NCBI GenBank assembly: GCA_963770565.1 | Contig: CAVYQE010000011.1 | Coordinates: 640,001 to 704,000 of the forward strand | Direction: 5' to 3' | DNA: 64,000 bases | Source of the DNA: an uncultured Actinomycetota bacterium | Lineage (GTDB): Bacteria; Actinomycetota; Actinomycetes; JAFAQI01 | Translations under genes and position numbers: made by a program | Notes under the pieces: model-generated | What the model saw: the letters and a program-made list of their open reading frames with translations, nothing else | What the model was told of the DNA's origin: nothing | The model's database searches: none | In this document: piece by piece, positions 32,981 through 41,833 of the stretch | How positions within the stretch are numbered: the first letter of the stretch is position 1 | Layout: every line of letters starts with the position of its first letter

Positions 32981-33801
32981 TGCCTTCGCCGCCGGCGTAC
33001 GAGTGACTCGCCCGGGCGCCAGCGGAATGTTAAGCCGATCACTACGGCGGATCCGAGTGCCCAGAAGCCAAGCACCGCAAGCTGTCCGTGGGTGAGAACT
33101 GGACCGGTCGGGTCAGGTCGAAAAAGATGCTCCGCCGCGATGGCGATTGACCGGACCGGGAGCGCAGCCGCGGCATGGCGGAGCCAGTCCGGCGAGCTCG
33201 TCGCGGGGAAGAAGACGTTGGAGATGAACGCAACCGGCAAGAGCGTTCCGTACGAGATTGCCAGCGCCGACTCCGCGTCCGAGACAAGTGTTCCGACGGC
33301 CAGTCCGACCAATGCGAAGCACACCATGCCGAGGGCGCACACCCCGATCAGATCCGGCACGACGCTGGCGTTGAATCGCGCATGCAGCAGCGTGGTGCCG
33401 AGGACGACAACCGCGGCGGCAGACGCCGCTCCCATCGCGATCGCCGCAACGATCCGTCCGGCAAAGTACGCCCACGACGGGAGCGGGGTGCTCCGGAAGC
33501 GCTTGAGTACGCCGTTCTCGCGAGCGGCAACGACCGAGGTCACGACGTTCACGTAGGAGGCGTTCAGCAAGCCGAAGACCGCCATCGCGGGCGTGAGGAA
33601 GTCGGCGTACTTCTGGCCGTTCAGGTCGCGGGGCGGGAAGCTCGGGCCGACCAGATCGAGAGCGACCAGAAGCATGAGCGGAATCACCAGAATGGTGAAT
33701 GTGCTCATACGGTTCCGCAACAGCAGTCGCAGCTGGTATCGGGTCTGCGCGCCCGCGAGCACGATCGTCGGTCGACGACGGTGCTGAACCGGAGCGGTCA
33801 T
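32977..33801 (-). CDS. ABC-2 transporter permease
   Basis: RENGVLKRFRSTP; ISNVFFP; 6 TM helices. Confidence 0.9.
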   Translation of the reverse strand: MTAPVQHRRRPTIVLAGAQTRYQLRLLLRNRMSTFTILVIPLMLLVALDLVGPSFPPRDLNGQKYADFLTPAMAVFGLLNASYVNVVTSVVAARENGVLKRFRSTPLPSWAYFAGRIVAAIAMGAASAAAVVVLGTTLLHARFNASVVPDLIGVCALGMVCFALVGLAVGTLVSDAESALAISYGTLLPVAFISNVFFPATSSPDWLRHAAAALPVRSIAIAAEHLFRPDPTGPVLTHGQLAVLGFWALGSAVVIGLTFRWRPGESLVRRRRRH

Positions 33802-34769
33802 TGCGCTGTCCCCGTGACGGGTGGGTTGACGGTGGTGAGGTGAAGGTAGGCGTCTTCCAGCGACGGCCGGGTGACGGTAAGTCCGATGAGCTCTTCGCCG
33901 CGGTCATGTGCCCACGCAGTAACCGCGGCCAGGGTTTCGGTCGGCTTGGCGGTCGTGATCCGGACCTCGTGTGCGTCGGTCACCGTCATGGTCCATGGAC
34001 CGGCCTGGAGCTCGCCGTGCCATCCCGGGTACGGCTCCTGGAAGGAGATGATCGCCTCGCCGGCGTCTCGGCCGCCCAGCTCGTTGGGGGTTGACTCCGC
34101 GACGACCCGCCCTTTGCTCATGACGGCGACTCGGTCGGCGAGGTGTTGCACCTCGTCCATGTAGTGACTCGTCAAGAGGATCGTCTTGCCCAGCCGGCGC
34201 AGTTCGGCGACGAGCTCCCAGGCCTGATGGCGGGCACTGGGGTCGAAGCCGGTGGTCGGCTCGTCGAGGAAGATCACTTCGGGATCGCCCACGAGCGCAA
34301 GGGCGAGGTCGAGCCGGCGAAGCTGACCGCCGGACAGCCAGCGAACATGCTGGCGCGCCTGTCGCGAGAGGCCGACCAGCGTCATGACCTCGTCGACCTC
34401 GCGCCGCCTCGGATACAAGTCGGCAAACAATGCGACTGTCTCGCGAACGGTCAGGTCGCCGTCGATCCCGCCGGACTGAAGCACAACGCCGATGCGTTCG
34501 CGGAATCTCCGGTTCGCCCGCCAGGGGTCGACGCCCAGCACCCGAACGCTTCCAGAGTCAGGCTGGCGATGGCCTTCGAGAATCTCGACGGTCGTCGTCT
34601 TGCCCGCGCCGTTGGGTCCGAGGAGGGCAAAGACCTCACCGGTCAGGACCGTCAGCGACAGACCTCCGACCGCAACCAGGCCGCCGTACGTCTTATGGAC
34701 ATCGGACGCCTCAATCGCGGGAATCGGCTCGTTCGAGCGGGTCCCGCCGACTCGATCAGAGGGTTGCAT
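33798..34769 (-). CDS. ABC transporter ATP-binding protein (DrrA-like)
   Basis: GPNGAGKT, LSGGQ, LDEPTTG, SHYMDE, PSLEDAY. Confidence 0.93.
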   Translation of the reverse strand: MQPSDRVGGTRSNEPIPAIEASDVHKTYGGLVAVGGLSLTVLTGEVFALLGPNGAGKTTTVEILEGHRQPDSGSVRVLGVDPWRANRRFRERIGVVLQSGGIDGDLTVRETVALFADLYPRRREVDEVMTLVGLSRQARQHVRWLSGGQLRRLDLALALVGDPEVIFLDEPTTGFDPSARHQAWELVAELRRLGKTILLTSHYMDEVQHLADRVAVMSKGRVVAESTPNELGGRDAGEAIISFQEPYPGWHGELQAGPWTMTVTDAHEVRITTAKPTETLAAVTAWAHDRGEELIGLTVTRPSLEDAYLHLTTVNPPVTGTAQ

Positions 34770-34790
34770 AGCGTGATTTGCGGGCCGCTA

Positions 34791-35913
34791 GTGTCGCGCG
34801 TCATTAGTTCCTTTACATTGGGGTGAGTTCGCGTCATGCTGTGGCATGGCGCTGTTGACTGCAGGTGTGCAGATCCCTGAGGCGGACCGGGCGACGCTTC
34901 AGAGCTGGTCTCGGTCGACGTCGATCAAGGCCGGGCTGGTGACTCGGGCCAGGATCGTCCTTGCTGCCGGTGACGGCTTGGGCACGACCTCGATCGCTTC
35001 GAAGCTTGGGGTGTCCAGGCCGACGGTGATCCAGTGGCGTGAGCGGTATGCCGCCGAAGGCTTGGCCGGGCTGCAGGACGATCCGCGGTCGGGTCGGCCG
35101 AAGACGGTCGACGACGCGGCGATCCTGGCGATGACGCTCGACCCGCCGCCGGAGCGCCTTGGGGTGACGCACTGGTCCACCCGCCTGCTGGCGGCGGAGC
35201 TGAAGGTCGGCGATGCGACCGTGGCGCGGACGTGGCGCAAGTACTGCGTGCAGCCGTGGCGGCGCGGGACGTTCAAGTTCAGCACCGACCCTGAGTTGGT
35301 GGCGAAGGTCCACGACGTCGTCGGCCTCTACCTGAACCCGCCGGAGAAGGCAGTCGTGCTCTGCGTCGATGAGAAGAGCCAGATCCAGGCACTCGATCGG
35401 ACCGCCCCGATCCTGCCGATGCGCCCAGGGCTGCCGGAGAAGGCCACCCACGACTACAAGCGCAACGGCACCGCGACCTTGTTCGCCGCTCTAGAAGTCG
35501 CGACCGGCAAGGTCACCGACGCCGTCTATGAACGGCACGGAAAAGCCGAGTTCCTCGCGTTCATGAAGCAGGTCGCGAAGGCCTACCCGCGACGTGAGCT
35601 CCACGTCGTGCTGGACAACTACCACACCCACAAGCACACCGAAGTCCAAGCCTGGCTAGCGAAGAACCCTCGCGTCACCTTGCACTTCACACCCACATCG
35701 GGGTCGTGGATGAACATGGTCGAGATCTTTTTCGGGATCATCACCCGCCAAGCGATCCGGCGCGGCAGCTTCGCCAACGTCAAAGAACTCATGGTCGCGA
35801 TCAGCCGCTTCATCGACGGCTGGAACAACCGCTGCCACCCATTCACCTGGACAAAAACGGCGGACGAGATCCTGCCTCACGCCACCCGTCAAGCAACTTC
35901 AGACGCGCGACAC
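34791..35913 (+). mobile_element. IS630-family insertion sequence, complete
   Basis: TIR GTGTCGCGCGTC(ATT/TGA)AGTT; TA duplication at 34789-34790 and 35914-35915 in a CTAG context. Confidence 0.93.
34812..34840 (+). promoter_or_regulatory. Sigma70-type promoter of the transposase (possibly leaderless mRNA)
   Basis: TTTACA-N17-CATGCT ending 5 bp before ATG 34846. Confidence 0.5.
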
Positions 35914-35916
35914 TAG
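34846..35916 (+). CDS. IS630 family transposase
   Basis: N-terminal HTH, PRSGRP, HWSTR, DDE triad (VDEKS, LDNY, VEIFF); stop TAG formed at the right end/target site. Confidence 0.97.
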   Translation: MALLTAGVQIPEADRATLQSWSRSTSIKAGLVTRARIVLAAGDGLGTTSIASKLGVSRPTVIQWRERYAAEGLAGLQDDPRSGRPKTVDDAAILAMTLDPPPERLGVTHWSTRLLAAELKVGDATVARTWRKYCVQPWRRGTFKFSTDPELVAKVHDVVGLYLNPPEKAVVLCVDEKSQIQALDRTAPILPMRPGLPEKATHDYKRNGTATLFAALEVATGKVTDAVYERHGKAEFLAFMKQVAKAYPRRELHVVLDNYHTHKHTEVQAWLAKNPRVTLHFTPTSGSWMNMVEIFFGIITRQAIRRGSFANVKELMVAISRFIDGWNNRCHPFTWTKTADEILPHATRQATSDARH

Positions 35917-36108
35917 TTGTGCCCGGGCGGCTCGCTCGGTCGCGACGATGAGATCGTCCTGCACTCCCATCGCGAGCAGCCGCCAACGAGCGCGCAGCAC
36001 GCATTGCGTGACGAGCTTCGCGGATGCGACGTCGGAGTATTCCGCGATGAGGTCCTCGACGAGGTGTGCGAGATCCTCGTTCAGCGGTGGAGCAGTCGGC
36101 GAGATCAT
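35899..36108 (-). CDS. Small helical protein (three-helix-bundle-like) whose 3' end is replaced by the IS630
   Basis: MISPTAPP...LIAEY...C..RARWRL...DDLI..TE.AAR; paralog of 53431-53658. Confidence 0.75.
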   Translation of the reverse strand: MISPTAPPLNEDLAHLVEDLIAEYSDVASAKLVTQCVLRARWRLLAMGVQDDLIVATERAARAQLVSRV

Positions 36109-36164
36109 GGCCAGCCTTTGGTCGGGATGGTGATCCCACGTTTCCATCGGCGGCGGTTGGCTCA

Positions 36165-36182
36165 CAGGGGCGAAAGTCCCGA
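36165..36182. promoter_or_regulatory. DosR/DevR-type box
   Basis: Minus strand GGGACTTTCGCCCC (36167-36180), upstream of ATG 36108. Confidence 0.7.
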
Positions 36183-36231
36183 CGCCGCACCGCCAATCGC
36201 CCTTCCACACGGGACCGGATGCGGCCCGCTC

Positions 36232-37128
36232 TCACGGGCTGCTGGGGAACTTCTCCAAGATCGCGCGAAGTCGCGCAGCGAACCGAATCGACTCGTCGTG
36301 CTCGCGTTGCCACACGTTGCGGCCGAAGATCAGCCCGGTCGCGCCTGCCTGGGCGGACTCCTCGGCCTTCGTGATCATGGCGTCGTCGCCGGCCTTTTCG
36401 CCACCTGAGATCAGGACGAGCGCATGGCCCGCCGACCGCACCACGGCATCGATCGCCTGTTGTGCGGAGAAGTCCTGGTCATAAGGCGCCGGCACGCTGG
36501 TTTTCTTGGTCGGGTTCGGGAAGTTGACCTTCACGACGTCGGCCCCGAGCTCACTGGCAACGCGCGCGGCATAGTCCACTGCGTAGAACGAGTTGTTGCC
36601 GCCCTTTCCGTCGATCGCACTTCCACGCGGGTACGACCAGACGACGAGCGGCATCCCCAACCGCTCGGCGTCGATCCGCACGCTGCGCAGCTGGTTGAAG
36701 TCGTGCTCCTGCGCCGGGCTTCCCACGTAGAGCGTGTAGCCCACCGCGTCCGCGCCGAGCCGGACCGCGTCCTCGACCGTGCCGTTGAGCGGCGACAGCG
36801 CCTCAGCGGACGAGGGGATCTCGGTCTTGCCATTGAGCTTGAGAATCAGCGGGACCTGCCCGGCGAACTCCCAGTAGAACTTCTCGGCGAGGCCGATCTG
36901 GATCGCAATCCCGTTGAATCCACCTTCCAGCGCGAGCTGGATGATGTAGCGCGGGTCACCGGCATCTGGGTTGGGCGCAAAGTCCCTCGGGCCGTGCTCG
37001 AGTCCCTGGTCGTAAGGAAGGAAAAGCGCGGTGCCGTTCCGCAGCCCGTGATCGAACAGGATGCGGTGCAGGCGGGCCTTCTTGCCTGTGGTCAGGCCGC
37101 GCTTGTGAAGCGGAAGTCGCTCAGTCAT
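36232..37128 (-). CDS. Class I fructose-bisphosphate aldolase (DhnA/FbaB type)
   Basis: DQGLEHGP, LILKLN, AVRLGADAVGYT, WSYPRG, ELGADVVKV (Schiff-base Lys), FGRNVWQ. Confidence 0.92.
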   Translation of the reverse strand: MTERLPLHKRGLTTGKKARLHRILFDHGLRNGTALFLPYDQGLEHGPRDFAPNPDAGDPRYIIQLALEGGFNGIAIQIGLAEKFYWEFAGQVPLILKLNGKTEIPSSAEALSPLNGTVEDAVRLGADAVGYTLYVGSPAQEHDFNQLRSVRIDAERLGMPLVVWSYPRGSAIDGKGGNNSFYAVDYAARVASELGADVVKVNFPNPTKKTSVPAPYDQDFSAQQAIDAVVRSAGHALVLISGGEKAGDDAMITKAEESAQAGATGLIFGRNVWQREHDESIRFAARLRAILEKFPSSP

Positions 37129-37159
37129 GGCTGGCTCCGATCGTGGTGACGTGACTCGG

Positions 37160-38167
37160 CTACGCGGTAAGGCTTGCACCCACCAGGCGGCACAAGTCCG
37201 CGAGGCGGCAGGTGTAGCCGAACTCGTTGTCGTACCAGCCGAAGATCTTGACCAGCTCGCCGTTGACCTGGGTCAGCGGGGCGTCGTACACGCACGACGC
37301 CGGATCACCGATGATGTCGCGCGAGACGATCGGATCGGTGTTGTAGCGCAGGATCCCGGCCAGCGGTCCCTCGGCCGCGGCCCGGAAGGCCTCGTTGACC
37401 TCGTCGACGGTCGTCTCGCGCGAGACGATCGAGGTGAGATCCGTGAGCGAGCCGTCGTCAACCGGCACCCGGACTGCGATGCCATCGAGCCGGCCGACCA
37501 TGTCCTCGATCACCAGGCCACTCGTTCGAGCCGCGCCCGTCGATGTCGGGATGATGTTGACGCCGGCCGTCCGGCCTCGGTGCAGGTCCTTGTGCGGGGA
37601 GTCGAGGACGACCTGATCGTTGGTGTAGCCGTGGATCGTTGTCATGAAGCCCTTGACCAGCCCGAACGAGTCGTGCAGGACCTTCACCAGCGGTACGACG
37701 CAGTTCGTCGTGCAGGAAGCGTTCGAGATGATGTCGTGGACCGCGGGGTCGTAGTTGCCGTCGTTGACTCCCATCACGACCGTCAGGTCGACGACGCCCT
37801 TGCCGGGTGCGGAGATCAGCACCTTCTTGGCACCGGCCTTCAGGTGCAGCGCGGCATCGTCACGGCTGCGGAACTTGCCGGTCGACTCGATCACGATGTC
37901 GGCGCCGAGGGTGCCCCAGTCCAGCTTGGCCGGGTCCCGCTCGGCGGTGACGACGATGCGGCGCCCGTCGACGCTGATCGAGGTGTCGTCGTGCTCAACC
38001 GTGCGCCCGAAGCGCCCGTAGGTCGAGTCGTAGCGCAGGAGGTGAGCCAGCGTCGCCGTGTCGGTCAGGTCGTTGATCGCGACGATCTCGAGATCGGTCT
38101 CATCGGCCATCCGCAGCAAGCTCCGGCCGATCCGGCCGAATCCGTTGATGCCGATGCTGGTGCTCAT
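37160..38167 (-). CDS. gap: Type I glyceraldehyde-3-phosphate dehydrogenase
   Basis: INGFGRIGR, SNASCTTNC, IIPTSTGAA, WYDNE. Confidence 0.97.
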   Translation of the reverse strand: MSTSIGINGFGRIGRSLLRMADETDLEIVAINDLTDTATLAHLLRYDSTYGRFGRTVEHDDTSISVDGRRIVVTAERDPAKLDWGTLGADIVIESTGKFRSRDDAALHLKAGAKKVLISAPGKGVVDLTVVMGVNDGNYDPAVHDIISNASCTTNCVVPLVKVLHDSFGLVKGFMTTIHGYTNDQVVLDSPHKDLHRGRTAGVNIIPTSTGAARTSGLVIEDMVGRLDGIAVRVPVDDGSLTDLTSIVSRETTVDEVNEAFRAAAEGPLAGILRYNTDPIVSRDIIGDPASCVYDAPLTQVNGELVKIFGWYDNEFGYTCRLADLCRLVGASLTA

Positions 38168-38223
38168 GGTGTCCTCCGTGAAGTCGATGTAAGTCCAGGC
38201 TGTGTCAACAACCGTCGGGGGAC

Positions 38224-38261
38224 TAGGGGCAAAGGTCCTGCGATCGGCCGAGTCGGTCCCG
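38224..38261. promoter_or_regulatory. Tandem DosR/DevR-type sites upstream of gap
   Basis: GGGGCAAAGGTCCT (38226-38239) and a second GGTCCC half-site ending at 38260. Confidence 0.55.
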
Positions 38262-38296
38262 AGATCCGGTCGTTGCGATCCGCGAGCAGCGAGCGG

Positions 38297-39079
38297 TCAG
38301 GCGATGGCGGGTGAGCGGTCCGCGACGCGACCACTCGTCGTACCGGTGGTCATGTATTCGACCACGCTCTGCCGGTCGAACTCGGCGGCCGGGCCGCTCG
38401 CGACCAGGTGCCCGAGCTGAAGCACCGCGATCCGGCCGGCGACCTCGAACACGTCGTTGAGGTTGTGCGAGATGACGATGACGGCGATGCCTTGCGAAGC
38501 CAGCCGCTTGATCAGGTCGAGGACCATCCGGGTCTGGGTCACGCCGAGCGCGGCGGTCGGCTCGTCCATAATCACGAGCCGGGAGTTCCACATCAGGGTC
38601 TTCGCGACGGCAACGGCCTGCCGCTGCCCGCCGGAGAGCGATCCGACGTGCTGCCGGATCGAGCGGACTGAGGTTACTGAGAGTCGATCAAGGGCGTTGG
38701 CCGCCGAGCGCTCCATCTTGTCTTCGTCCAACAGGAGGTGATGGCGGAGCTGCTCGCGGCCGAGGAAGAGGTTCTGGACGATGTCGAGGTTGTCGGACAG
38801 CGCCAGGTCCTGATACACGGTCTCGATGCCGAGCGTAGCCGCGTCCTTCGGGGAGCGCAGGTGGACCGGCTTGCCCTCCCAGAACATCTGGCCGCTGTCG
38901 GGGGCCCAGATGCCGGCAATGCACTTGATCAGCACCGACTTGCCCGCGCCGTTGTCGCCGGTAAGCGCCGTGACGACGCCGGCCGGAACGTCGAGAGTGA
39001 TGTCCTCGAGGGCACGCACCGGACCGAAGGACTTTCCGACGCCCTCTAGCCGCAACAGTGGAACCGGGCTCTCAGTCAT
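38297..39079 (-). CDS. Sugar ABC transporter ATP-binding protein (single-domain, FrcA/XylG-like)
   Basis: GDNGAGKS, VYQDLAL, LSGGQRQ, DEPTAALG, ISHN. Confidence 0.92.
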   Translation of the reverse strand: MTESPVPLLRLEGVGKSFGPVRALEDITLDVPAGVVTALTGDNGAGKSVLIKCIAGIWAPDSGQMFWEGKPVHLRSPKDAATLGIETVYQDLALSDNLDIVQNLFLGREQLRHHLLLDEDKMERSAANALDRLSVTSVRSIRQHVGSLSGGQRQAVAVAKTLMWNSRLVIMDEPTAALGVTQTRMVLDLIKRLASQGIAVIVISHNLNDVFEVAGRIAVLQLGHLVASGPAAEFDRQSVVEYMTTGTTSGRVADRSPAIA

Positions 39080-39203
39080 TCCTTCACCTCGGGCTTGCGC
39101 GATCCGTGCCGTCACCTCAAGTAGGTCACGATCACTAATCCCGGGCCAGGGCCGAAAGGCCCACGCGGAGCAGGCAGTCGGACCTCAATGTCAGGCCGTC
39201 GGG

Positions 39204-40832
39204 TCAGGTCTGCTCGGGCACCATGTCGATCGCGCCGCAGGGACACTCGGCGACGCACAGCCCGCATCCCTTGCAGTGGTCGAAGTCGAAGGCGTACGAG
39301 CCGCTGCCGAGCTTGATGACGGCGTTGTCGGGGCAAACTCCGTAGCAGTTGTCGCAACCGAAACAGTTGCCGCATGACAGGCAGCGCCGGGCTTCGAACA
39401 AGGCAGTGGACTCGTCGAGACCGGCGTCGATCTCGTCGAAGGTCGATGCCCGGCGGGCCGCCTCGAGCTGTGCCTGCACCGACGGCGGTGCATCGGAGTA
39501 GTACCAGGTGTTGAGCCGGTCACTCGTCGCGAGCGCAGGTCGCGTGGGCGCCGCCCACTGCTCGTTGCGCAGCCAGGCATCGATGTTGCGGGCCGCTCGC
39601 TTGCCATGACCGATTGCCGTGGTCGCAGTTCGGTGTCCGGCGGTCATGTCGCCGCCGGCGAAGATCCCGGTGTGACCGGTCATCTGGTCCGAGCCGACCA
39701 TCACCGCGCCATCGCGGACCTCGATGCCCGTGACCTGGTCGAGAAGGCGAAGGTCGACGTCCTGTCCGAGCGCCAACACGACCGTGTCGGCATCGAGTTC
39801 CTCGAACTCGCCGGTCGGCTGCGGGAAGCCGCTCTCGTCGAGCTGCATCCGCTCGACCGTGACGTGTTCGCCGTCGGTCGCGGCGATCGTGGACAGCCAC
39901 TGGACTCGCACGCCTTCGGCGATCGCGGCCTCGAGGTCCTCAGAACGGGCCGGCATCTGCTCGCGGTTACGGCGGTAGACGATGACGGTGTCGGTGGCGC
40001 CCAGCCGCTTGGCGGTGCGGGCCGCGTCCATGGCGGTGTCGCCGCCGCCGTACACGATGACCCGGCGTCCGATGTTCGGCCGGTCGGCAGCGGCGTTGGT
40101 GTCGTGCAGCAGCGCGATCGCGTCGACGATCCGAGCCGAGTCGCCGGCGGGGATGTCGGCATGCTTGCTCACCTGCGCGCCGACCGCGAGCAGTACGGCG
40201 TCGGCGTTCTCGGCCTGCATGGTGGCGTCGAGGTCGTCCACCCGCGAGCCGGACCGGACCGTGATCCCCAGCGCGACCAGCCTGGCAATCTCGGCATCGA
40301 GAACGTTGCGAGGAAGGCGGTATTGCGGGATTCCGTAGCGCATCATTCCGCCGAGCTCGGGCTCGGCGTCGATGATCGTGACGTCGTGGCCGTAGCGCCG
40401 TAGCTGGTACGCCGCCGACAGACCGCACGGGCCGGAGCCGACGACGAGCACCCGCTTGCCGGTCGGCGCCGCGTCGACCGTGATCGACCAGCCGTTGGCG
40501 ATCGCCTGGTCACCGAGGAAGCGCTCGATCGAGTGGACCCCGACCGCCTCGTCGACCTGTGCACGATTGCACGCCGTCTCGCACGGGTGATAGCAGATCC
40601 GCCCCATCACCGCCGGCAACGGGTTGTCGACCATGATCTGCCGCCAGGCCTGCTCGTAGTCGGCCGATTCGGCGTGGTAGAGCCAGCCTTGGATGTTCTC
40701 CCCGGCCGGGCAGGCGTCGTTGCAGGGCGGCATCAGGTCGACGTACAGCGGCCGCTCGGTCCGCCACGTCCCAGTGAGGTTGGCTTTGCTGGTCGCGATG
40801 TCGAGCGTGATTGCGAAGGGCTTCTCGCTCAT
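39204..40832 (-). CDS. GltD/DsrL-like FAD/NAD(P)H oxidoreductase with N-terminal Fe-S and C-terminal 2x[4Fe-4S] ferredoxin domain
   Basis: PCNDACP, GRICYHPCETAC, GSGPCG, GGGDTAMD, VYRR, CLSCGNCFGCDNCYGVCP, CKGCGLCVAECP; ATG at 40832. Confidence 0.9.
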   Translation of the reverse strand: MSEKPFAITLDIATSKANLTGTWRTERPLYVDLMPPCNDACPAGENIQGWLYHAESADYEQAWRQIMVDNPLPAVMGRICYHPCETACNRAQVDEAVGVHSIERFLGDQAIANGWSITVDAAPTGKRVLVVGSGPCGLSAAYQLRRYGHDVTIIDAEPELGGMMRYGIPQYRLPRNVLDAEIARLVALGITVRSGSRVDDLDATMQAENADAVLLAVGAQVSKHADIPAGDSARIVDAIALLHDTNAAADRPNIGRRVIVYGGGDTAMDAARTAKRLGATDTVIVYRRNREQMPARSEDLEAAIAEGVRVQWLSTIAATDGEHVTVERMQLDESGFPQPTGEFEELDADTVVLALGQDVDLRLLDQVTGIEVRDGAVMVGSDQMTGHTGIFAGGDMTAGHRTATTAIGHGKRAARNIDAWLRNEQWAAPTRPALATSDRLNTWYYSDAPPSVQAQLEAARRASTFDEIDAGLDESTALFEARRCLSCGNCFGCDNCYGVCPDNAVIKLGSGSYAFDFDHCKGCGLCVAECPCGAIDMVPEQT

Positions 40833-41833
40833 CGCGCACCGCCTTCGGTGATGAGGCCGTAACGGGCGATGTTGCGGTCGGCGTCGGCTTGGATCCGGCC
40901 GATGACCTCTTCGTTGGGTTCCGGCCGGAACAAGTGCGCGTAGCGGCCCTGCAGCTTCAGGTAGTCGGTCACCGGGACGGGTCGACGGAGCGGCGTGACC
41001 TCGACGACCGCACCGTCCTCGGCCGCGAACACCGGGAACAGCCCGGTCTGGGTCGCGAGCCGGGCGATCAGGATGGTCTGGTTCGAGTCGGTCTCCCAAC
41101 CGAGCGGGCACGGCACCAGGACGTGCAGATAGCGCGCCCCGCGAAACTCCATCGCCCGCCGGACCTTCGCCTCGAGGTCGCGCAGGTCGGCGACGGTCGC
41201 GGTTGCGACGTACGGCAGCCGGTGCGCCATCGCGATCGTCGGCACATCCTTGCCCTGCCCGAACCGGTTGCCCGGGTGTGGACCAAGGGCAGGGGTCGTC
41301 GCAGTCCGTGCGGCCGGAGGCGTCGCGCCCGAGCGCTGGACGCCCGTGTTCATGTAGCCCTCGTTGTCGTAGCAGATGTAGAGCACGTCGTCGTTGCGCT
41401 CGAACATGCCGGACAGGCAGGCGAAGCCGATGTCGACCGTGCCGCCGTCGCCGCCCTGAGCAATGACTCGGATATCGGTGCGACCCTGCGCCTGCAGCGC
41501 GGCCGCGACCCCGGTGGCGACCGCGGCGGCATTGCCGAACAACGAGTGCAGCCACGGCACCTGCCAGGCCGACTCGGGGTAAGGCGTGGTGAAGACCTCG
41601 AGGCAGCCGGTCGCGTTGACGACGACCAGCTTTCCGCCGCTCGCCTCCAACGCGGTGTCCAGCGCGTAGCGGGCGCCGAGCGCCTCGCCGCAGCCGCGGC
41701 AGGCCCGGTGACCGCAGGTGATCGCGTTGGCCCGGTCGGTCTCGGACTGGACGGACTGCAGTTCGAGCGGGAGCAGTCGGTTGCCGACCGCGTGGCTGCC
41801 GACTTGGTAGAACTTCACCGGTGTTGCGGTCAT
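40829..41833 (-). CDS. porB: Pyruvate/2-oxoacid:ferredoxin oxidoreductase beta subunit
   Basis: GHRACRGC, TGC, GGDGG...DNEGYMNTGVQRS (TPP motif), PCPLGW. Confidence 0.93.
   Translation of the reverse strand: MTATPVKFYQVGSHAVGNRLLPLELQSVQSETDRANAITCGHRACRGCGEALGARYALDTALEASGGKLVVVNATGCLEVFTTPYPESAWQVPWLHSLFGNAAAVATGVAAALQAQGRTDIRVIAQGGDGGTVDIGFACLSGMFERNDDVLYICYDNEGYMNTGVQRSGATPPAARTATTPALGPHPGNRFGQGKDVPTIAMAHRLPYVATATVADLRDLEAKVRRAMEFRGARYLHVLVPCPLGWETDSNQTILIARLATQTGLFPVFAAEDGAVVEVTPLRRPVPVTDYLKLQGRYAHLFRPEPNEEVIGRIQADADRNIARYGLITEGGAR

Noticed and set aside
39204-40832. Glutamate synthase small subunit or dissimilatory-sulfur DsrL function
   Set aside because: No gltB or dsr genes are nearby; the gene is coupled to porB.
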